From positions 576,001 through 640,000 of the forward strand of contig CAWDML010000009.1 of assembly GCA_963803435.1 (NCBI GenBank): a stretch of DNA of 64,000 bases, written 5' to 3'. Positions 19,100-26,546 of this stretch are shown one piece after another (the stretch's first letter is position 1; the number at the start of each line of letters is the position of its first letter). This stretch comes from an uncultured delta proteobacterium (GTDB lineage: Bacteria; Myxococcota; Kuafuiibacteriia; Kuafuiibacteriales; Kuafuiibacteriaceae). The position numbers and the translations under genes are program-made. Below the pieces are notes generated by a model that ran no database searches, had not been told where the DNA came from, and was given only the letters and a program-made list of their open reading frames with translations.

Positions 19100-21445
19100 T
19101 TATTGCTGGAGAGTGATGATGGACTGATCGAGGCTCTGCCTGCCGTCGAGAGAGGTCACCACCAGGTTGAGAAAGACGCTGCCGGAGTCGCCGGCCATGA
19201 CGTTCTGGACGGCGCCCTTGCAGGCCGGGTTGCCGTGGCAGGGATCCTTGAGGTTGGCGTTCTTGACCACGACCGTGTGGCCCGGGATCCATTGACCCTC
19301 GGACGAATAGATGAGGAGGTCGAGGCTCGCGATCTCGTTCTTGGCGTCGTCGTAGACGACCAGTCTGGGGCCCGTGAAGGTGACGCCATTGGGGTCGAAA
19401 CCCGCGCTCAACCCGGCCGTGAGGTCGAGCGTCCCGATCGTCAGGTTGGCGACGCGGCCGGGGCAGTCCGGGCAGGCCGTCGAGCCCGGCTGAGATCCGA
19501 TGCTCCCCGCCGAGAAGCGATCGAGCGCCGTCTCGTTCGACGGAACGCCGGGCGGACAGGCGCCGTTGCCGCAGATGTCCACGCAGCCCGGATCGGTGGG
19601 GATACAGCTCGAGCCGCCGTTCGGGCACTCGATCTGCTGGACGAGCGAGCTCGGCCAGAACTGGACCGGGCTGTAGCTCGTGCATGCGTCGACCAGGCCG
19701 CACTTCGAGAGGGCGCTCGCACATCCGGAGAGCGTGGTCGGTCCGATCGGATGGTTCGGATCCCCATTCTGGGCGCACTTCAAGAGGGTCTCGCAGGCGA
19801 TCGCTTGGTCGAGGCGGGCGACGTCGAGCCGACGGATGGGCGTTCCGTCGCTCCGCGCGCGGCAGGTCGGATCGCCGGTCAGGTACAACAGACGGGCGAG
19901 CGTGTCGCTGGAGAGCGCAGGCTGGTGCTTTCCGGCGATGCTCGCTTGCGCGTGGGCGGCGGCTCCGCTGGCGAGGGCCGCGGATACGGAGCTTCCGGAA
20001 AGCTCGCTGGGAAACTCGAAGAACTCGTCCAGCCCGAAGTTGGTGTTGCACTGGACCCCGTGCTCGTCCCCCGGAAGCGCCGGGTTGACCGCGAAGACGT
20101 TCTGGCCGGGAGCGACCAGCGCCGGCTCGACGTCCGCGAGGGCGAGGCCGGAGGGACGATCGCGATCGTCGACGGCGCCCACCGCGGTCGTGATGGCCCA
20201 TGGTGTGGTGTACGAGAGATGAGCTCGCCGGCAGCTCGAGAGGTCGTTGTAACCCGCTGGGAAGAAGTTGAACGGGAGGACCAGCGGAGCGCCATCTGCG
20301 GGCTGACACGGTGAGGGCGGGACGCTGCTGCTGAAGAACACCTGGGGGTCGTTGATGTGGCCGGCCCGGTTGCCCGCGGAGGAGAAGCTGGAGATGGCGC
20401 GGGTGCCTTGCGCGTCGAGGTGGCGGGCGACGTCGAGCACGTATCGGATCGGCTCGCCGAACGCGTCCTCCACCGCCGTGCAGACGTTGAGGGTGATCGG
20501 ATTGACGCTCTGTACCAGCGCGGTGTGGGTGAGCTCCGGCGGGAACCCGAAGCTGAGGTTGAGGATCAAGGGCGAGGTGCCGTCATAGATGGCGGCGTCG
20601 ATGGCCTGGGCGATGCTCCCTCCGGTGGCGACGCCCTGTTGGTCGATCACGCGGTAGGACCGCAGATCCACCTCGGGGGCGAGGTGGCGGATGAACGTCG
20701 CCATGGCCGAGCCGTGGAAGTGCGGGTTGGCGTCGTTGTTTGTGGCGATGCCCCCGGACGTGAATTGGCCGCCGTCCGAGATCGCCAGCGTCGTCGCGAT
20801 GCCGGCCGGGATCTCGCTGTCGATCAGCGCCACCCGGACCTGCGAGACCGGTGAGATTCCGGGTGCGGCGGCGGGAACGCCCAGCCGGGTCCATTGCCAG
20901 GTCTGACCGGCAGCGGTCGCGTAGGGTGCGAGGCTCATCGAGCTCGCGTCGCACTCCCGACCCATGCGGACGGTCCCGCTGGCGAGACCGGCGACCTGGG
21001 TCCGAAGGTCGTTCAGGACGGTGCAGATCTGCTCATGGAGCACGGCTCTCCTCAGCCCCGTCCCGTCGACGAACTGCAGTCGATAGAACCGACGGTCACC
21101 GTCGCTGCGCCAGCTCGAGGCGCGGTGGGGGAGCACTGGCAGCACTTGCACGTGCAGTCCGGCCAGGGACGCCAGACATGTATTGTCTGCACAAAACCAG
21201 CTCGGCTGGAGGATGCCGTTGACCACGCTCTCGAGGTTGGACGTGAAGGTCGAGGGGAAGGGGTCCTCCCAGAGCGGACGGTCGAAGAAGAACAGATCGT
21301 CGCGGCAGGGACGCGCCGAGACCGGAGGGGGCGGGTTGGGTCGATGGAGCGCGCTGGAGGCGACCGTGTCCTGATCCGGGCCAGCCCCGCATCCTGCGGC
21401 CCAAAGTGTGATCCCGAGCGCACCCCAACGAATTCTGAGCACCAT
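19100..21445 (-). CDS. S8 subtilisin-family serine peptidase, Cys-rich lipoprotein
   Basis: Lipobox WAAG-C; VALIDSE (Asp), FHGSAMA (His), SAGN, VAPG, SGSSVSAALASGAAA (Ser); GAAGGAG RBS. Confidence 0.85.
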   Translation of the reverse strand: MVLRIRWGALGITLWAAGCGAGPDQDTVASSALHRPNPPPPVSARPCRDDLFFFDRPLWEDPFPSTFTSNLESVVNGILQPSWFCADNTCLASLAGLHVQVLPVLPHRASSWRSDGDRRFYRLQFVDGTGLRRAVLHEQICTVLNDLRTQVAGLASGTVRMGRECDASSMSLAPYATAAGQTWQWTRLGVPAAAPGISPVSQVRVALIDSEIPAGIATTLAISDGGQFTSGGIATNNDANPHFHGSAMATFIRHLAPEVDLRSYRVIDQQGVATGGSIAQAIDAAIYDGTSPLILNLSFGFPPELTHTALVQSVNPITLNVCTAVEDAFGEPIRYVLDVARHLDAQGTRAISSFSSAGNRAGHINDPQVFFSSSVPPSPCQPADGAPLVLPFNFFPAGYNDLSSCRRAHLSYTTPWAITTAVGAVDDRDRPSGLALADVEPALVAPGQNVFAVNPALPGDEHGVQCNTNFGLDEFFEFPSELSGSSVSAALASGAAAHAQASIAGKHQPALSSDTLARLLYLTGDPTCRARSDGTPIRRLDVARLDQAIACETLLKCAQNGDPNHPIGPTTLSGCASALSKCGLVDACTSYSPVQFWPSSLVQQIECPNGGSSCIPTDPGCVDICGNGACPPGVPSNETALDRFSAGSIGSQPGSTACPDCPGRVANLTIGTLDLTAGLSAGFDPNGVTFTGPRLVVYDDAKNEIASLDLLIYSSEGQWIPGHTVVVKNANLKDPCHGNPACKGAVQNVMAGDSGSVFLNLVVTSLDGRQSLDQSIITLQQ

Positions 21446-21543
21446 ACCGTCTCCTTCCGAGCCCAGGCATCAGCAGATGCTGTGCCACCCGCGTGTGCAC
21501 GGTGTACTTGAACGCGTCCGGAGTTCTTTTTTTCCTCCCTGCT

Positions 21544-21571
21544 CGTACTGAATCCAGCCGCCGGTCTTTTC
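21544..21571 (-). promoter_or_regulatory. 28-bp element, right (inverted) copy upstream of the S8 gene
   Basis: Minus strand GAAAAGACCGGCGGCTGGATTCAGTACG; a looser AAAAGA..AGTAC copy follows at 21504-21534. Confidence 0.6.
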
Positions 21572-22096
21572 TCACCCGTTGCACGCCCCCCAGGCCTCAT
21601 TCGCCTGCTGATAGCAGCTGCTGCTCTGCTGGCCGCACGCCTGCTGATCGTCCCCGCGCGCCAGGCAGGACTGATACCCCCGCTGGCAGCGGTCCTGATC
21701 GATGAGGTACGTCCGATAGCACAGCTGCTGCGGCATCAGCCCGTCGGCGCAGATCCGCTCCACGTCCTGGCAGGGGTCGACCGCGTCGGGATCGGCCATG
21801 TCCGGAGGGCAGCCGTGGTCGCGCGTGCAGGCACCCGCGTCGATGATGCTGTCGGACAGCGAGGGCACGTCGAGGTAGCGGTCGACCGTCTCGCGAGGGA
21901 GCGAGGTCTCGCAGGTCAGCACGACCTGCTTCGGGTCGGCGAAGCGCTCCAGGCACGCGCTGATGCACATGGGCTCGAGCGGCTCCACGGCCGGGTTGCA
22001 GTCCGAGTAGAAGCGGCAGGTGTCCCGGCAGTGCTCTTCGGGCGTGGGCGGCGCGCAGGCGGCGAGGAGGAGCGCGGCGGCGAGGAGGCGGCTCAC
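21572..22096 (-). CDS. Small Cys-rich lipoprotein
   Basis: LLLAA-C lipobox; many CxxxC patterns; GTGA overlap with upstream gene. Confidence 0.75.
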   Translation of the reverse strand: MSRLLAAALLLAACAPPTPEEHCRDTCRFYSDCNPAVEPLEPMCISACLERFADPKQVVLTCETSLPRETVDRYLDVPSLSDSIIDAGACTRDHGCPPDMADPDAVDPCQDVERICADGLMPQQLCYRTYLIDQDRCQRGYQSCLARGDDQQACGQQSSSCYQQANEAWGACNG

Positions 22097-25074
22097 GGGA
22101 AGTGGAGGGTGCTCTCGCCGGTGCCGTCGACGCCGGTGCCGAGCTCGACCCTCTGGACCAGCGGATCCGCGTTGTTGGTGCTGCGCCAGATCGCGTCGTC
22201 GACCTTGCCGTCGATCGGGTTGCCCGAGAACGTGTAGCCGTCGGTGCCGCCGGCGTCGATGAAGACGCCGATCGAGGGGACCTTGCGCTTGGCGCTGCCG
22301 GGGTCGTCGCCCTCGAGGAGGCCGGCGCTGCCGATGCTGTAGAGGCTGGCAGCGGCGTACTGATCGTCACCGGCGTTGTCGACCAGGACGCCGATCCCGT
22401 TCGAGTTGCCGGAGCCGACGGTGATGCGCGAGCCGAAGTACATGTCGTCGCCGGACTCGTCGATGAGGAACACGGCGCTGTAGTCGTGGGCACCGGCGAT
22501 CGTCACGTTCACGCGGGGGAGGTTCTGGCCGTAGGTGTCGTTGCCGCCGCCGTCGAGGAGCAGGCCCAGCGAGTAGTGGGCGGCGGAGGCCATCCCATAC
22601 CAGAGGGAGTCGTAGGCGTCGTCGCCGGACTTGTCGGCGAGGATGCCGGTGCTGAACCAGAAGCCGCCGCCCTGGGCGAAGACGCTGCCCTGATAGCGAT
22701 CGGCGCCCGCGCCGTCGATCAGGATTCCGACGCCGCCCGACATGAAGGCGCGATCGGTGGTGTCGGCGCGCCGGCCGAAGCCGTAGCCCTGGCCGAGCGT
22801 GGTGTTGGCGCGGCCGGGGCGCTGGCCGCTGAAGTAGAGCGGATCGCCGCCGACGGTCGGATCGCCCGGATCCATCAGGTAGTCGTCGTCGCCGTCGGTG
22901 TCGTAGATCAGGCCGACCGCCTGGGCGAACGCGAAGCCCTGGGCCATGGTGTACGCCTCGCGGTGATCGTTGCCGCCCAGGTCGAGCAGCAATCCCAGCC
23001 CGAACGCGCCTGCGCCCTGGGCGACCGCCTCGGCGAGATAGGTGTCGTCGCCGCCGTCGTCGATCAGGACGCCCGTGCCGAAGATGCCGCTGCCCTGGGA
23101 CATGCGGAGCGACTGGTAGTGGTCGTTGCCGCCGCCCAGATCCATCAGCACTGCCGTACCCATGCGCCCGCCGCCCTGCCGCGGGGTCTCGCTGAGGCTG
23201 ATGGGGCCGTTGTCCATGTCGGGCGTGCTCCGGGGCTGGTAGCGCCCGCCGGCGTCCGAGGGGAGGCGCGCACCGTCGAGCATGTCGGGGACCTCGACGT
23301 AGCCGTAGTGGTCGTCGCCACCCAGATCGATGAGGACGCTGACCGCGTTGCTGCTGCTGGCGTTTCCGCCGGCCGGGACGCGGTAGGTGTCGTCGCCGCC
23401 CAGGTCGAGGAGCACGGCGAAGTCTCCGCCCGCCTCGGGATCGCTCGGATCGTAGATGCCGTTCTCGCCATCTCCGATCGCGATGCGTCCGATCGGCGTC
23501 GACTGCGAGAAGAGGAAGCCGGCGGTGGTGGCGGTGGTGGCGGTGGGGACCGCGGCGAAGCGGGCGAGGTCGGCGTCGGCGATCGCGTCGAGCAGATCGA
23601 CGGCGCCGCCGTACATGTCGTCGTAGCCGAACGTCTGCGTCAGCAGTGTGCGGACCGAGCTGTTCGCGGGCGCGAGGCCGAAGCCGTCGCGGCGCGGGGC
23701 CACGAAGGCGGCGCCGTAGTCGTAGAGCTGGCTGACCTGGGCGGCGTTGCCGAGCGCGTGGGTCCGAGCCACATAGGCGCGCTCGACGCCCTCGATCACG
23801 GTGGCGATCGCGATCTGCAGATCCATCGGGACGTCGGCGGCGTCGGCGCGGAGGGCGGCCAGATCGGGCGCGCCGCCGGCGGTGGTGATCAGCGCGGCCA
23901 CGGCCTGCACCAGCGGTTCGGCCACGTCGATCGGCTGGGCGTCCTGCCGCACCGGCGGATGGTCCGCGAGCTGGGCCATCCGCTCGATCATGCGGGCCGC
24001 CTTCGCCGCCGGCGAGGCGGTGCCGTCGGCGGCGGTGTCGAGGTCGGCGATCAGGCGCTCGGCGAAGTCGGGGGCGCGCAGAGGCTCGTTGTGGACCGCG
24101 TCGTAGAAGGAGAAGCGGTAGGGATCGTTCTGTACGTCCGGCGGGACCAGCGTCCAGGCGAAGACGTCGAACAGCAGCGAGCACGGCGTCAACCCGACCT
24201 GCATGAGCGCCTCTTCGAGCAGATCGCGGGTCCCCGGCGCGCTCCCGGGGGGGAGGCGGCTCGCGTGGCAGGCGCAGCGATCGCTCAGACACACGTCGCC
24301 CCGGTGCGTGGTCCGGCAGGCGCGCTCGGCGTCGCATCCGGAGGCGGCGTCGCAGGCGAACGCGCAGACGCCCGGCAAACTGGGCTCGCTCCGCACGCAG
24401 ATCGATCCGGGGAGCTCGCCGCAGTCGGTGTCGACGGCGCAGGGCCGCTCGCCGACGTCGTCGGTGCGCGCGCACATCTCCGCGGGCGCGACGTAGGTGG
24501 GATGGCAGACGTCGTCGCCGTCGTCGCCGGGGCCACACGCCCAGCCGGCGGGACAATCGGACGGCATGGCGCAGGCGATCGTGCAGTAGCCGAAGTTGTG
24601 GAAGTCGCCCTCGCAGTGATCGGCGATCGGGAGGCAGGCCTCGGCGTCGCCGATGCAGCGGGAGCCGAGGCCGATGCCACCCAGGCAGCTCGCGATCGGC
24701 GGCACGCAGAAGTAGGCAGGCGTGGCGCCGCCGCCCGTGACGTCGAGACACGTGAAGCCTTCGGTGCAGCCCTCGAGATCGGTGTCGCAGCGGTCGGAGC
24801 AGAACTGCTCGCCGGTGGACGCGCGCAGGCAGAGGGCCGCGTCGCAGGCGGCGCAGTCGGCGCAGGTCACCTCCGAGAAGCGGTCGGGCAGCACCGGGAG
24901 CGGTCCGGCGTCGATCGGTCCGGTGTCGACCTCGCCGGCGTCGGGGACCTCGGCGTCGGGCGCGAAGCCGAGGTCGGGCGGGCCGCTGTCCTTTTTCTGG
25001 AGGTCGTCGTCGCTCCCGCCGTCGCAGGCGAAGGTGGCGAGGGCGAGGGCGAGGACGGCGAGCGGTCGCACCAC
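22093..25074 (-). CDS. Large lipoprotein: Cys-rich N-region plus ~12 hhDxxGxDxY repeats
   Basis: TFA-C lipobox; LLDLGGDDTY, LIDLGGDDHY, LIDDGGDDTY, LADKSGDDAY, LIDESGDDMY etc. Confidence 0.8.
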   Translation of the reverse strand: MVRPLAVLALALATFACDGGSDDDLQKKDSGPPDLGFAPDAEVPDAGEVDTGPIDAGPLPVLPDRFSEVTCADCAACDAALCLRASTGEQFCSDRCDTDLEGCTEGFTCLDVTGGGATPAYFCVPPIASCLGGIGLGSRCIGDAEACLPIADHCEGDFHNFGYCTIACAMPSDCPAGWACGPGDDGDDVCHPTYVAPAEMCARTDDVGERPCAVDTDCGELPGSICVRSEPSLPGVCAFACDAASGCDAERACRTTHRGDVCLSDRCACHASRLPPGSAPGTRDLLEEALMQVGLTPCSLLFDVFAWTLVPPDVQNDPYRFSFYDAVHNEPLRAPDFAERLIADLDTAADGTASPAAKAARMIERMAQLADHPPVRQDAQPIDVAEPLVQAVAALITTAGGAPDLAALRADAADVPMDLQIAIATVIEGVERAYVARTHALGNAAQVSQLYDYGAAFVAPRRDGFGLAPANSSVRTLLTQTFGYDDMYGGAVDLLDAIADADLARFAAVPTATTATTAGFLFSQSTPIGRIAIGDGENGIYDPSDPEAGGDFAVLLDLGGDDTYRVPAGGNASSSNAVSVLIDLGGDDHYGYVEVPDMLDGARLPSDAGGRYQPRSTPDMDNGPISLSETPRQGGGRMGTAVLMDLGGGNDHYQSLRMSQGSGIFGTGVLIDDGGDDTYLAEAVAQGAGAFGLGLLLDLGGNDHREAYTMAQGFAFAQAVGLIYDTDGDDDYLMDPGDPTVGGDPLYFSGQRPGRANTTLGQGYGFGRRADTTDRAFMSGGVGILIDGAGADRYQGSVFAQGGGFWFSTGILADKSGDDAYDSLWYGMASAAHYSLGLLLDGGGNDTYGQNLPRVNVTIAGAHDYSAVFLIDESGDDMYFGSRITVGSGNSNGIGVLVDNAGDDQYAAASLYSIGSAGLLEGDDPGSAKRKVPSIGVFIDAGGTDGYTFSGNPIDGKVDDAIWRSTNNADPLVQRVELGTGVDGTGESTLHFP

Positions 25075-25087
25075 GGAGACTCTACCG

Positions 25088-25303
25088 TCAGCCCGTACCG
25101 CCCAGGCTGTGATTCGTCTCTTCCAGATCCGGGGCCGGTGCTTCCAGGACCGAGCGCTTGAAATAGACGATCCGGTAGTTCGCCTTGTCGAGCAGCACGC
25201 TGACCAGCTCCCAGCCCTTCTCCCCGTGGAGGCCCAGGATCTCCTCGTCCACGTCGTAGTTCGACGCGGGGAGCACCAGGACCTTGTACTCGAACGTGGT
25301 CAT
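25088..25303 (-). CDS. DUF4177-like small protein
   Basis: FEYKV...GEKGWELVSV...YFKR pattern. Confidence 0.8.
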   Translation of the reverse strand: MTTFEYKVLVLPASNYDVDEEILGLHGEKGWELVSVLLDKANYRIVYFKRSVLEAPAPDLEETNHSLGGTG

Positions 25304-25378
25304 TCCCCCGGAGGCTAGCCGCCCTTGAGGATGGCGTCATCTCCGTGGTCGGATCGGGCCTCGAGGGCGCAGGACGCG

Positions 25379-26126
25379 GTGTTAGATCTCCACAATCACG
25401 TGCTTTTCGGCCTCGACGACGGCTGTCGCGCGCCCGCGGAGTCCCGCGCGCTGGCGGCGGCGGCCAAGGCGGCCGGGCACGCGGGGTTCGTGGCCACGCC
25501 CCACATCCGGCCGGGGATGTTCGACAACGATCCGGATCGGATTCCGCCGGCGGCGGGACGAGACGGCGCCGCTGGTGCGGGCCGAGGGGCTCGAGCTGTT
25601 CCTCGGCGCCGAGTACTACTTCGCCGGGGAGCTCCTCGAGGCGGCGCGCAAGAAGACGCTGCTGACGCTGGGGGAGTCGAGCCGCTACGTCCTGATCGAG
25701 TTTCCGCAAGACACCTTGCCGATGCGCTGGGAGCAGGTGCTCTTCGAGATCCGCACCCGGGGGTACGTCGCGGTGATCGCGCACCCGGAGCGATGCGCCG
25801 CGGTCCAGCGCGACCCGGACGATGTGCTCGAACGCCTCACCCGCACCGAGGCTCTCCTCCAGCTCGACCTGGGGAGCCTGATCGGTCACTACGGGAAAGC
25901 GGCGAAGAAGACCTCCGCCCACCTGGTGAAGCGCGGCGCGTATCACGTCGCCGCGTGCGACCTACATCGCCCCGAGGACGTGGCGGGCATCGTGGCGCCC
26001 GCGCGCGCCGAGCTCACCGCGCTCCTGAGGAAGGGGAAGAAGCAAGACAGGTTGACACTCCTGTTGGAGGTCAACCCACGGCGGATCGTGGCGGATGCAG
26101 CGCCTGACACGATCGAGCCCTTGTGA
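25379..26126 (+). CDS. CpsB/CapC-type PHP tyrosine-protein phosphatase, one frameshift near 25545
   Basis: DLHNHVLFGLDDG, VATPH, GAE, YVLIEF, IAHPER, ACDLH, NP across two frames. Confidence 0.88.
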
Positions 26127-26138
26127 GATCATGAACCC

Positions 26139-26546
26139 GTGACGATGCGTCCGGCCGAGCGGCCGATGCCGCCCGAGCGAATCGGGTCGGCCACCGCCAA
26201 GATCGGTACCATCCAGCACTTTCGGTGGCTGAAGAACATCGTCTTCGCCACCCTGATCCTCAACGTCCTCGACGCGGTCTTCACGATGGTGTGGCTCTCG
26301 ACCGGCGCGGCCACCGAGGCGAACCCGGTGCTCGCCGACATCGCGGAGCACGATCCGGGTCTCTTCGTGACGGTGAAGTTCCTGCTGGTGGCGCTCGGCT
26401 CGCTCCTGTTGTGGATGAACCGCAAGCGGCCGGTGGCCGTGGTGGGGATCTTCGTCGCGTTTCTCGTGTACTACGGGATCCTGATCTACCACCTGCAGGC
26501 GATGAACCTGCACCTCTTGAGCCGCCTCCCTATTTGGTCACGGTAG
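26139..26546 (+). CDS. DUF5658-like membrane protein
   Basis: LNVLDAVFT..GAATEANP..VKF; three TM helices. Confidence 0.75.
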   Translation: MTMRPAERPMPPERIGSATAKIGTIQHFRWLKNIVFATLILNVLDAVFTMVWLSTGAATEANPVLADIAEHDPGLFVTVKFLLVALGSLLLWMNRKRPVAVVGIFVAFLVYYGILIYHLQAMNLHLLSRLPIWSR

